Source: a virus
Lineage: Duplodnaviria; Caudoviricetes
Direction: 5' to 3' (one strand)
DNA: 64,000 nt
Virus record (IMG/VR): IMGVR_UViG_3300001528_000621
Span: 1-64,000 of that record
The notes below the pieces were generated by a model, which was not told where the DNA came from, did not search any database, and saw only the letters and a program-made list of their open reading frames with translations. The number at the start of each line of letters is the position of its first letter. Position 1 is the stretch's first letter. Of this stretch, positions 27,725 through 37,263 are shown one piece after another. The position numbers were made by a program, and so were the translations under genes.

Positions 27725-28213
27725 ATGGCTGTTTTAGATACAAACGAAATTTTCTACACGACCTTTGAAGCTAAAACTAAAAACAGAGGTATCATCTACA
27801 TAGACGGAATACCTGCTTTCATGGTCTACAAGATGAAGAAGCCTAGCTTTACAGTACCGGCTAAGGAAATTCACCACATAAACTCATATTTTACCTATGC
27901 AGGTAAGAGAAAGTGGGATACAGCTCCAATGACAGCTTACGATCCAATTACTCCTTCTGGTGCACAAGCTTGGATGGACTGGGCACGACTTACCTACGAA
28001 GCTGCTACGGGACGAGCAGGTTATCTCGACTTCTATAAGAAGGATATCGTTTACGATGATCTTGGACCTGTAGGAGATATTGTATCTGAATGGGTTTACA
28101 AGGGAGCTTGGGTTTCTAAGTTTGATCCGGGTGAGACAGATTGGACAAACGAGGGTGACGCTCAAGAGATTCAGGTAGAAATTACCTTTGATTATGCAAT
28201 TCTAAACTTCTAA
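27725..28213 (+). CDS. Tail tube protein (T4 gp19-like)
   Basis: 162 aa downstream of the sheath; YDPITPSGAQAWMDW, YKKD, EWVYKGAW, ITFDYA. Confidence 0.85.
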   Translation: MAVLDTNEIFYTTFEAKTKNRGIIYIDGIPAFMVYKMKKPSFTVPAKEIHHINSYFTYAGKRKWDTAPMTAYDPITPSGAQAWMDWARLTYEAATGRAGYLDFYKKDIVYDDLGPVGDIVSEWVYKGAWVSKFDPGETDWTNEGDAQEIQVEITFDYAILNF

Positions 28214-28246
28214 TACTCAGAGAGGTACATACGATCAATTAAAGTT

Positions 28247-28280
28247 AAGCTTTCGGACTATTCTGGAAGCTTTTCTTTTT
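28247..28280 (+). terminator. Putative intrinsic terminator
   Basis: AAGCTTTCGGA/TCTGGAAGCTT stem + T-rich tail. Confidence 0.55.
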
Positions 28281-28307
28281 GTACAAGCTTTAACCTATTT
28301 AGTATTA

Positions 28308-28940
28308 ATGAAGATTCACTACTTTTACAAAATAACTAACCTTCTTAACGGAAAATACTACTTAGGGGTTCATACTTCTACTCTCTCACCAGAGAAAGAT
28401 AATTACTGGGGATCAGGACCAGCAATTAAAGCTGCTATTAAGAAGTACGGAAAGCAGAATTTTAAGAAAGAGGTCTTAGAAGTGTTTAACTCTTCAGAAG
28501 ATGCTTTTAAGTATGAAGCAGAACACATAACCTTGAAAGAGGTTCAAGATCCAATGTGCTACAATATGCAGCTAGGAGGACTAGGAGGTACAGAAGGAGC
28601 TATCTTTATGACAAACGGTACGGATCATGTCAGGATTTTACCGGAGTTTGAAGAAGAGTACAGAAACAAGGGGTACTCAAGATTGCAAAAAGTTCATTCA
28701 GCTGAAACTCTTCAAAAAATGAGAGAATCTCACAGGGGTTTGAAGAGATCTAAAGAATCTTTAACAAAAGCAGGTGCATCAATGAGGCAGCTCGTCTGGG
28801 TTAAAAAAGAGGATCAAGAACTTAGGATTCACAAAAGGGAGTTAGAGTCTTATCTGGATCAAGGCTATGTTCGAGGTCGCTTATCGTCTACGAGCTTAAA
28901 GATAGGTCAAACCTTAAAAGCACGTCATCAAAATTCTTAG
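28308..28940 (+). CDS. GIY-YIG (Seg-like) homing endonuclease
   Basis: YFYKITNLLNGKYYLGVH, YWGSG, KKYGKQNFKKE, CYN; NUMOD3-like HSAETLQKMRESH. Confidence 0.85.
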   Translation: MKIHYFYKITNLLNGKYYLGVHTSTLSPEKDNYWGSGPAIKAAIKKYGKQNFKKEVLEVFNSSEDAFKYEAEHITLKEVQDPMCYNMQLGGLGGTEGAIFMTNGTDHVRILPEFEEEYRNKGYSRLQKVHSAETLQKMRESHRGLKRSKESLTKAGASMRQLVWVKKEDQELRIHKRELESYLDQGYVRGRLSSTSLKIGQTLKARHQNS

Positions 28941-28992
28941 ACTATTTATCATTGCTAGCATAAATTTAACGTTAAATTATTAAATTAAAACA

Positions 28993-29319
28993 ATGAGTTA
29001 CAAAGTTGGAAATAAGATAGGCGTATCAAAGGATACAGGTATCCTAGACCTATACACCAAAAACGTAGAAAATACAGCTTACGCTGGTTTTGCAGGATCC
29101 CAGTATTCTCTTCAGAACGGAAACCAGACTCTTGGTGGAGCAGAGATTGTAGGTGGATTTGTAGATGATGCAAACGACGGAGTTAACACCGGAAAGCACA
29201 GTGGAACTTACGGAATGAAGTACGTAGGTGAATCTTCAAACGGCCACAATGCATTTGATATCTTTGTGAAGAAGCAAATTGGTGAAAAACCAGATCCAGC
29301 AAAATTCTACGGAGAGTAA
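28993..29319 (+). CDS. Hypothetical Gly-rich protein in the tail module
   Basis: 108-aa ORF with upstream CTATTTAT motif and downstream hairpin. Confidence 0.7.
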   Translation: MSYKVGNKIGVSKDTGILDLYTKNVENTAYAGFAGSQYSLQNGNQTLGGAEIVGGFVDDANDGVNTGKHSGTYGMKYVGESSNGHNAFDIFVKKQIGEKPDPAKFYGE

Positions 29320-29343
29320 AAGAAGCTTTGACTTAAAAAGTTT

Positions 29344-29375
29344 GCCCGGACTCCAGCGAGTCTGGGTATTTCTTT
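29344..29375 (+). terminator. Putative intrinsic terminator
   Basis: GCCCGGACTC/GAGTCTGGGT stem + T-rich tail. Confidence 0.5.
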
Positions 29376-29433
29376 GTTCGTTTCACAAATAATTGCTATT
29401 TAGAGATTACTTAAGTATTATTTTATTATTGAA

Positions 29434-30177
29434 ATGGCAGTAGAAAACATGTTTCCTACCGAAACGGTAGAACTTCCTTCAAAAGGTAAGATTTATCCTA
29501 AAAATTCTCCTCTAGCTAAGGGAGAGATTGAGCTCCGCTACATGACAGCAGCTGACGAAGATTTGCTAACAAACCAGAATTATATAGAGAGAGGTGTTGT
29601 AGTGGATAAGCTTCTTCAGTCTCTTATCGTAGACAAAACTGTTGATTACAGTCAGCTTTTGCTTGGAGACAAGAATGCTCTCTTGGTTGCAGCTAGGATT
29701 CTAGGATACGGTGCAAATTATGAGTTTGACTACAGAGGTCATAAAGAGTCCGTAGATCTTTCAAAGCTTTCTCATAAGGAGCTTCATCCAGACTTCGTAG
29801 CAGCTACAGAAAACCTCTTTACTTTCAAGTGTCCTGCAACCGGAGTTACTCTTGAGTTTAAGCTTTTGACTCATGCCGACGATCAGGCTGTTGAGCAGGA
29901 ACTTAAAGGCCTCAGGAAGATTAATAAAGAAGCTAGTCCTGAACTTTCAACCAGGATGAAATATATGATATTATCTGTGAATGGAGAAACAGACAAGAAA
30001 GCAATCAGGGATTTCGTAGATAAGCAGTTCTTGGCACGAGATTCAAGAGCTTTCAGAAAATACGTCAACGAAATTCAGCCAGATATGGACATGAGGTTTT
30101 ATCCAGAAGACGGTCCGGAAGAAGGAGTAGAGATTCCAATACAGCTTTCATTCTTGTATCCTGACATTACAGCATAG
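29434..30177 (+). CDS. Baseplate hub assembly/tail chaperone (T4 gp26-like)
   Basis: VELPSKG..Y, YMTAADEDLL, GDKNALLVAARILGYG; upstream of the tape measure gene. Confidence 0.7.
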   Translation: MAVENMFPTETVELPSKGKIYPKNSPLAKGEIELRYMTAADEDLLTNQNYIERGVVVDKLLQSLIVDKTVDYSQLLLGDKNALLVAARILGYGANYEFDYRGHKESVDLSKLSHKELHPDFVAATENLFTFKCPATGVTLEFKLLTHADDQAVEQELKGLRKINKEASPELSTRMKYMILSVNGETDKKAIRDFVDKQFLARDSRAFRKYVNEIQPDMDMRFYPEDGPEEGVEIPIQLSFLYPDITA

Positions 30178-30179
30178 AA

Positions 30180-30500
30180 ATGGAGAACATTGACAATCTT
30201 CTCAGGGAAATCCAGAGTACCGAGAATGGTCGTCAATTTCTCGGAGCTCGTAGAGTTCACCTATTTCGGGAACTTCATGAAATGGTGTTTTACGGTAAAG
30301 GGGGTTATGATTGGGAGACAGTTTATCATCTTCCAATCTGGCTCCGAAGATTTGTTTATAGTGAAATCGTAAAACATTATCGGGACGAAAAAGCTGCTGT
30401 AGATAGGGCTTCTCAAGGTAAGGGAAGTCAAACGCTCAGTAAGACTGACAGCAACCCTACAGTTAGAAAACCGGATTTTACTTTAAAGCCTCGCAAGTAG
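30180..30500 (+). CDS. Tail/baseplate assembly chaperone (gp51-like)
   Basis: GYDWETVYHLPIWLRRF; position between gp26-like gene and TMP. Confidence 0.55.
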   Translation: MENIDNLLREIQSTENGRQFLGARRVHLFRELHEMVFYGKGGYDWETVYHLPIWLRRFVYSEIVKHYRDEKAAVDRASQGKGSQTLSKTDSNPTVRKPDFTLKPRK

Positions 30501-30540
30501 CGAGGTTTTCTATTTATCTTAAACTGTGAAATGTAGTTAG

Positions 30541-33500
30541 ATGCCGCAAATAGACGTAGAAAAATTAAAACAATCAAACTCAGTTAAAACCTGGGAGGAA
30601 GCTTTTGAGGGAGTTGACAAAACTTCAGCTAAGTTTGACGACCTCGTAGATGCTTTTGTTAAGTTTGTAGGAGATTGGAAAGATTTTTCTGATATTCGAC
30701 GAGACCGTTTAGCTGAATACATACTAAGTCTTGACAATGTACAGGGTCATTGGAAAGACGTAAACAAATGGATCGAGACTAACACCGATTCACTGGTTCC
30801 TTATGTAGGAACGTTGCGTGACATCAAGAGTCTCTTTCAGTCAATTTCACAGGAACTCGGAGGAAACATACGTCAGATTCGAGACAACGAAAACATCATT
30901 AGAGGCCTATCTAGATTAGCTACAGACAACATAGTAGCTATTCAGCAAGAAGGGGGTTTAACAGAAAATTCAATTAGGAGTCTTGATAAGAAGAAAACAA
31001 AGCTTGAACAAGAGTATAAGACAAGATTAACGCTTCTAGGTGTTCATGAGAACGGAGATAACTTAAGAATCGTAGCTGAAGGTCAGGAAGACAATCTTAG
31101 AATTACTCAAAATCGTATTGCTGAACTAAATAAACTCAGAGAGTCGGGGATTAGACTTACAAGTATTCAGAGAGAAGAGCTTAAAAACCTTCAACTTAGG
31201 GAAAGACTTATACAGTCTAATTTAGAGCTCTTAAATGAGTACAATAGAACAGCAAAAGACGGACTTTTTAAGCGAATTGATCTTCAGCAGAAGTATTTTA
31301 AGGAGATCAGTAAGGAACTTCAGACAACTAAGGTAGATGTTGCTTCTAAGCTTTTGAAGAAGCTGGGAATGTCTGGGGAAGCTGCTGAACTTAAGGAGAG
31401 CTATGGAAAACACTCGACTAAGAGGGTAGAAGCTAACACAAACCTCGAATTAGCAAAGCAAGCAGAGGAAGTAGCTAAGGTTAACTACGATAACGCTTTC
31501 AAAGAGAAAGATACTAAGCTATATCAGAGGGAAAAAGGACAGAGTGAAGCTGTTATTGCTGAAGCACAAAGAAAGTTCTTTGAAAGCCAGCAAAAGGTAG
31601 CTGATCTTGAAAGACAGATAGAGGAAAATCAGAGTCGTCTGAAGGACTTCGAAACTACTTTCAAGAAAGATAAAAATATTAAAGGCTACCGAAACGTCAT
31701 AACAGGTAGAAAAGCAACCACGGAAGAGGTTGAGCAAAACAATCAAGACCGTGCATTTGAATATAAATCTACAGCTCTTAAAAGAGTAGCAGACAAAGAA
31801 CTTATTCAGAGTAAAAACAACCTAAACAAAGCTTTAAGCGAACACGCTAATAGGTTCGGAGAGCTGATAGCGAAAGAGAACGCTCTAAAAGAAGCTACAG
31901 AAAATAGAGTAAAAGCTGAAAAGGAAGTAAACAACATTAAGCCTTACCAACTTAAGGTTGACTTAGTAAATAAGATTAAGACAGGGTTTAAGAGTCTTCT
32001 TAGTCCTGCAAGTTTACTTTCAACCATAGCTTTGGTTATCTGGAAAAACTTCTTGAAAGTAGACGAAGTAGCTTCAAACCTCAGACAAAGGATAGGTTCT
32101 TGGGAATTTGCAGCAGCAGCAACAAATTCACAGTTTGCTACAAGTACTCAATGGCTTGAAATGGCTGTGGGACTTGCAGACGAGTTCCATATTGACCCTG
32201 TTCTTGTATTTAGCAACGCTGAAATTGGCAAGATGGCCGAAGCTAAGAATCTTCTTGGCTATACCAACAAACAAGCCCAAAATTTAGGTGTATCTTCTAA
32301 GCTTGTAGGAATATCTTCTGACCAGTTCCGAAAGAACATGAAGGAAGGTTGGCAGAACTATGTTAAAACAACAGGAACTGCTGTACATCTTGGTGGAGTT
32401 CAAAGAGAGGTTCTTAATACTTCTAATGCTATTAGGCTTTCTTACGGAGGTCAAGGAGAAGCATTAGCAAAAGCTGCAGCAGCTGCTCTTGAGATTGGAA
32501 TGAGCATGCAGCAAGTAGAGAATGTAGCTAGTAACTTGATTAGCTTTGAATCTTCTATTAGTGCTGAAATGCAAGCTCAGTTACTTACAGGAAGACAGCT
32601 AAATCTTGCTAAAGCTCGAGAGTATGCTCTAAATAACGACATTAAGGGGGTTGTAGGGGAGATCAAGAAGCAGGGCATTGACATGAACTTCTGGGGTAAT
32701 TCAAATAGAATTCAACAGGAGAACATGGCTAAAGCACTTGGAATGTCTCGAGAGGAACTAGCTCAAATGGTCGTAACTCAAGAACTTCAGAACGGTGCAT
32801 CTACAACAGCTATAGCCAAAGCTATGAAGATATCTGAAGAGAGCGTCAAAGCTACAGCACTGTCGATGGAGTGGAAAACAACAGTAGCTAAGCTTTCTGA
32901 AGCATTTACACCTATTCTCCAGATCCTTCGACCTGTTGTAGAGCTTATAAGCTTTGCAGGACAGCTAATTTCGCCGTTTGTTGGATGGATTTCAAGTCTC
33001 TTTGGACTTCTCGATAAGATAAACGATCAAACATCTACGTGGATTAAGAATCTAGCTAGGTGTGTTCTAATATTACCTCTCATCGGTAAAGGGATGGGAA
33101 CGATAGCTGTAGGAGCTGGTAAAGCAACAGCATCCATGGCAGCACTACCAGCAATGCTTGTAAAGCCTTTTAAAGGTCTTGGAACAGCTGTTAAAGACAT
33201 TAAGCAGGACGGAGCATTAGCAACTTTGAAGAAAGGTTGGAGCTCTATAGGAGAAAAATTCAAACAAGGAAGAGAGTCGGTTACTGCACCTGGACAGCAA
33301 AAACCGGGTAACCTAAAGAAAGCTTTACAAGGAACCCAAGTAACTGAAGCAGCTGGTAGAACATCGCAACGAGTTACCGGAACTGGAAACAATTTACCTA
33401 AGCTTGGATCCAACATCAGGACCTTTATTAATAGGGTTGGAAAAGCTGTAGGAATTACCACAGTCGGATCGGTAGCAAGAGTGTTTGCTTCATCAGGAGC

Positions 33501-34716
33501 ACGAATGGCTACAGGCCTTAGAGCTCTAAATTCAGTTAAAGATTCTACCAATTTACCAATTCTTGGACAAAACATAGCTTCGTTTGTAAAGAGTTTTGGA
33601 ACTGTCAAAGGTCTTGGTAAGTTTGCAGGAATTTCGACTATCTTTGCTCTGTTTGGAAAACCAATGGCTTTTGGAGTTAGAACCCTTAATACCGTAAGCA
33701 AGTTTTCTGATGGATTGCTTAAGCTTGGAAATAATGTAAAATTCTTTATAGATACATTTAAGACCGTAACAGTTAAGAACATAGGAGCTTTCATTGCTGC
33801 TGCATCTTCGTTTGCAATCTTTGGGGTACCAATGGCTCTAGGAGTTGCGTCTCTTAATCTTGCAAGCAAGTTTTCTGATGGATTGCTTAAGCTTGGAAAT
33901 AATGTTCTGGGCTTTATGGTTCCGTTCAAAACTATAACAGCGGGGAGTCTTGCAAAACTGGCTGCATTTGGAGTTGCAGCAGCAGTAGCAGCGCCAGGAA
34001 TACTTCTTCTTGAACTTGTATCACCGTTTGCAGGTCTTCTACCGGCTTTAGGCACAGCTATAGCTAGTTTTGGAACAGCTCTTAGTACGGCAGCTGGACC
34101 AATTTTAATCGGTAGCGGGGTATTAGCAGTTCTCGGAGCTTCTTTAATTCCTGTAGCGTTTGCATTACGATTAGTAGCACCGGCTTTTTCAGCTTTCGGA
34201 GACGTAGTAGTAGCTTTAGGTTCAGCAATAAAGTCAGCTTTTGAAGGAATCGGAAGTGTAATTACTACAGCCTTCTCGGGAATGTCAGCTCTTCTAGAGA
34301 ACATTACATTTGAAAAAGCAGCTGCACTTGGCGCTGTTGGTGTAAGTTTCGGAGCATTAGCAGCAGGAATGGCAGCAGCTACTGTGGCCATAGCAGCATT
34401 CCCTAGGAAGAAGTTTGCTAAGATTCTGGAAACAGCATCTGAGATAAAAGCTTCAGATAGTACTCAACTAAAGAGTACTGAGGAGAAGCTAGGAATCCCA
34501 AAGGAGAACATAAAGGAAGCTTACTCTGAAGTAACTATACAAAGAACGCAGAATTTACAGAAATCCCAAGAGATCTCCGTAAATCAAAAAGAAGCAGACT
34601 ATAGTAGGATTGAACGAAAGATGGACACTATTATAAAAGCTATAGAAGGTTCTCGACCAGACTGGAATTGGCTTGAATTTCAGCGAGAACTAAGAACCAA
34701 TACAGTAGGAGCATAG
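30541..34716 (+). CDS. Tape measure protein
   Basis: 1391 aa, coiled-coil N-half, Ala/Gly-rich hydrophobic repeats, position in the tail module. Confidence 0.85.
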   Translation: MPQIDVEKLKQSNSVKTWEEAFEGVDKTSAKFDDLVDAFVKFVGDWKDFSDIRRDRLAEYILSLDNVQGHWKDVNKWIETNTDSLVPYVGTLRDIKSLFQSISQELGGNIRQIRDNENIIRGLSRLATDNIVAIQQEGGLTENSIRSLDKKKTKLEQEYKTRLTLLGVHENGDNLRIVAEGQEDNLRITQNRIAELNKLRESGIRLTSIQREELKNLQLRERLIQSNLELLNEYNRTAKDGLFKRIDLQQKYFKEISKELQTTKVDVASKLLKKLGMSGEAAELKESYGKHSTKRVEANTNLELAKQAEEVAKVNYDNAFKEKDTKLYQREKGQSEAVIAEAQRKFFESQQKVADLERQIEENQSRLKDFETTFKKDKNIKGYRNVITGRKATTEEVEQNNQDRAFEYKSTALKRVADKELIQSKNNLNKALSEHANRFGELIAKENALKEATENRVKAEKEVNNIKPYQLKVDLVNKIKTGFKSLLSPASLLSTIALVIWKNFLKVDEVASNLRQRIGSWEFAAAATNSQFATSTQWLEMAVGLADEFHIDPVLVFSNAEIGKMAEAKNLLGYTNKQAQNLGVSSKLVGISSDQFRKNMKEGWQNYVKTTGTAVHLGGVQREVLNTSNAIRLSYGGQGEALAKAAAAALEIGMSMQQVENVASNLISFESSISAEMQAQLLTGRQLNLAKAREYALNNDIKGVVGEIKKQGIDMNFWGNSNRIQQENMAKALGMSREELAQMVVTQELQNGASTTAIAKAMKISEESVKATALSMEWKTTVAKLSEAFTPILQILRPVVELISFAGQLISPFVGWISSLFGLLDKINDQTSTWIKNLARCVLILPLIGKGMGTIAVGAGKATASMAALPAMLVKPFKGLGTAVKDIKQDGALATLKKGWSSIGEKFKQGRESVTAPGQQKPGNLKKALQGTQVTEAAGRTSQRVTGTGNNLPKLGSNIRTFINRVGKAVGITTVGSVARVFASSGARMATGLRALNSVKDSTNLPILGQNIASFVKSFGTVKGLGKFAGISTIFALFGKPMAFGVRTLNTVSKFSDGLLKLGNNVKFFIDTFKTVTVKNIGAFIAAASSFAIFGVPMALGVASLNLASKFSDGLLKLGNNVLGFMVPFKTITAGSLAKLAAFGVAAAVAAPGILLLELVSPFAGLLPALGTAIASFGTALSTAAGPILIGSGVLAVLGASLIPVAFALRLVAPAFSAFGDVVVALGSAIKSAFEGIGSVITTAFSGMSALLENITFEKAAALGAVGVSFGALAAGMAAATVAIAAFPRKKFAKILETASEIKASDSTQLKSTEEKLGIPKENIKEAYSEVTIQRTQNLQKSQEISVNQKEADYSRIERKMDTIIKAIEGSRPDWNWLEFQRELRTNTVGA
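33696..33905 (+). repeat. Exact 42-bp direct repeat within the TMP gene (33696-33737, 33864-33905)
   Basis: AAGCAAGTTTTCTGATGGATTGCTTAAGCTTGGAAATAATGT twice, 168 bp apart. Confidence 0.9.
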
Positions 34717-34719
34717 TGT

Positions 34720-36945
34720 ATGGAAGAAAAGTATAAAGGAAATAAAATAGGATCTTCAAAAAGTAAAGGAATTTTTCAGACTTACGATGAAGGTGGGTCT
34801 GAAATGAAGCTTTTACAGTATGGAACCTTCCTAAAAGGTTCAGCTCCGCTTGTAACTAAAGATATCAATTCAGGGGAACCTCTAGAGCGAGACGGATGGT
34901 TTAAGCTTTATACCCAAACATCTGAAGTTGCTGTTCAAAGAAGAATTGATGATGTTAAGAGAATCACAAAATTTATAGCGACTCCTAAAGGTGTTTTGTG
35001 GGAGAGTAGAATGGCTGCTCTTGAAACAATACAGCAGAACCTACAGCAGAAAACATCGGGAAAGATTAAGAATATACAAGATAGAAACCTTAGTAGTGGG
35101 GATACTACATCTTTTCTTAAGAGAGCTCTGAATTCTGTGAAAAATTTCGGGAAGAGTGCATTGAGAGGAGTAGGACTTACAGCTTCTACTCTTGCTCAGG
35201 TAGGTGTTTCTGGTACCGGAGCTCATATGGATACCTACATCTCTAGAGCGTATCTTACTGATGGAGGTGGAGGTACACTTAACCAGCTTTTGTCTTATGC
35301 TGGAATTACGAACGGAGGAGGATTGAACGGAGCAGAGAAGGTTTTAGGAGGAGCAACAGATGTTCTCGGAGAAGAGCCTTGGAAGCACATACCTGATGAG
35401 AAAAAGCTTGTACCTGAATCAGCTATAGGAAATAGAGGAGAGCAAGACTACTACGGAATATCTACACCTTCTTTTCTTTCCAAATATCTGAAAGATTCGC
35501 AGGATACAAAGAATTATTTAGGTGAAAAAATATCAACAGGATCTGCATACCTAGAGACAGAGCTTCACGGCGTTTCTAAAGCTAATCAGTCTTCTATGAC
35601 TGAAAGGCCTGTTCATTCAGGAGTCCAGAAATCAGATACTAAGGATCTCGGAAATAGGTATGGGGACGTAAAAAGTATAGATGAAGAAGACCTATTTAGA
35701 ACAGATCCTAGAAAAACTACAGGTATTTCAAAAGCAAAGCCTGTTTCGAGGGATATTTCACAAACACCGGTAGAGAGAGTAGCTCGACTTTACGACGGAT
35801 ATACTGCTAAGGGTAACGTAAAGAGCGGGGAGTCTGACGATCATAGGTACATTAAGACACCTTCAATAGGTACAGATAACAGACTTTCTATTAACAGGGA
35901 AACCGGAAGCGTAAGGACTCTGTATGATTTCGATTCAGTAGAAGAGAACGGATATCTGAAGACCAATACAGACAGTGAAGAGTACTTTAGAAACAAGAAA
36001 GATGTCTTCGAGTTAAAGAAAAACCAGAAAGAGGTAGATGCTACTGTTACGGTTTCTTCTAAGACAAAGAAAAAACATCCGACTACTACTCGAGATGAAA
36101 TTTACAGCATGGTTTATGAGTCTGAAGAACCAGACTATGTAGTAGAATCTGATATTTCTTGGAAAGATCATCCAACCATCTTACAGGAATTCAGCTTAAT
36201 ACCGTTCTGCATAACTACAATAACGCCAGAACATCGAACATATCTGTATTTTCCTGCATACCTAGAAACATACGAGGATAGCTATACCGGAGATTGGGAT
36301 AGTCAGCAATATATTGGAAGGGCTGAAAAGTTTTATGGATATAAAGGTTTCAGTAGAAGCATTAGTTTAAGCTTTAAAGTTATAGCTAAGCAGCAAAAAG
36401 ATATAATACCTCTATATCGAAAACTTAATAGGCTTGCAGGAGCGACAGCACCGAGTTATGGAGGAGATCAAGCTTTGTTTATGAGAGGTACGCTTGCATC
36501 TTTGTCTATCGGAAGTGACAATTCAGGTTACGGAGCGGATACAGGAAACGGTCTTCTCAACAATCAGCTTGGATTTATACCAAACGTAAAGTTTTCATGG
36601 GATAAGGACGATCCTTGGGAGATAGATTCAAAGACATACCGAGTACCGTACGTATTGGGTGTAAGTATGACCTTTACTCCTATTGAGAAAGAAGAGATTA
36701 AGGAAGATTACGGTGCATTCTTTGTATTCAATCCTCAGCAATCTACACAAGAGCCAGAACCGCCAGAGCAGGTTAATAGTCTTCCAAACACCGAAGAAAT
36801 TCAGACACGCACTGTGATGTTTGACGATTTAATGAGACAAGTACCTATTCAGCGAGACAACACAATGGTCTATACGGGTGTAACGCCTGATGGACAATCG
36901 ACTTCACCCGTAGGTAGAGGCGGTGGCGGAGGAGGTATAAGCTAA
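34720..36945 (+). CDS. Baseplate/tail-tube-initiator-like protein
   Basis: C-terminal FPAYLETYEDSYTGDW...YIGRAEKFYGYKGFSRSISLSF; follows TMP. Confidence 0.6.
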   Translation: MEEKYKGNKIGSSKSKGIFQTYDEGGSEMKLLQYGTFLKGSAPLVTKDINSGEPLERDGWFKLYTQTSEVAVQRRIDDVKRITKFIATPKGVLWESRMAALETIQQNLQQKTSGKIKNIQDRNLSSGDTTSFLKRALNSVKNFGKSALRGVGLTASTLAQVGVSGTGAHMDTYISRAYLTDGGGGTLNQLLSYAGITNGGGLNGAEKVLGGATDVLGEEPWKHIPDEKKLVPESAIGNRGEQDYYGISTPSFLSKYLKDSQDTKNYLGEKISTGSAYLETELHGVSKANQSSMTERPVHSGVQKSDTKDLGNRYGDVKSIDEEDLFRTDPRKTTGISKAKPVSRDISQTPVERVARLYDGYTAKGNVKSGESDDHRYIKTPSIGTDNRLSINRETGSVRTLYDFDSVEENGYLKTNTDSEEYFRNKKDVFELKKNQKEVDATVTVSSKTKKKHPTTTRDEIYSMVYESEEPDYVVESDISWKDHPTILQEFSLIPFCITTITPEHRTYLYFPAYLETYEDSYTGDWDSQQYIGRAEKFYGYKGFSRSISLSFKVIAKQQKDIIPLYRKLNRLAGATAPSYGGDQALFMRGTLASLSIGSDNSGYGADTGNGLLNNQLGFIPNVKFSWDKDDPWEIDSKTYRVPYVLGVSMTFTPIEKEEIKEDYGAFFVFNPQQSTQEPEPPEQVNSLPNTEEIQTRTVMFDDLMRQVPIQRDNTMVYTGVTPDGQSTSPVGRGGGGGGIS

Positions 36946-36955
36946 AAGAGAAACA

Positions 36956-37261
36956 ATGGCAGATAGCAGATACTATACAAACACACTCTTACAGGACAAT
37001 CAGACAGGTAGGAAGTATTTAGCTAATACTCTCTACCCCGATGTTCCTGTTTCTGAGGACGATTGGTATGTAATAACAACTGTAGGAGATAGGTACGATT
37101 TACTCTCGTATCAATTCTATTCAACTACAGACTACTGGTGGATTATTCCTATAGCTAACGGACTACCAGCAGACTCTCTTTGTCCAGAGGTTGGAATTCA
37201 GATTAGAATACCTGCAAACCCTACAGTATATGCTAGACTTGTAGAAGATGAGAACGATTAG
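36956..37261 (+). CDS. LysM-like baseplate wedge protein (gp53/tail X-like)
   Basis: GDRYDLLSYQFY...WWIIPIAN...GIQIRIP. Confidence 0.75.
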   Translation: MADSRYYTNTLLQDNQTGRKYLANTLYPDVPVSEDDWYVITTVGDRYDLLSYQFYSTTDYWWIIPIANGLPADSLCPEVGIQIRIPANPTVYARLVEDEND

Positions 37262-37263
37262 GA

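Noticed and set aside
33027-34391. 454-aa minus-strand ORF
   Set aside because: Antisense shadow of the Ala/Gly-rich TMP region; the other short minus-strand ORFs overlapping + strand genes are rejected for the same reason
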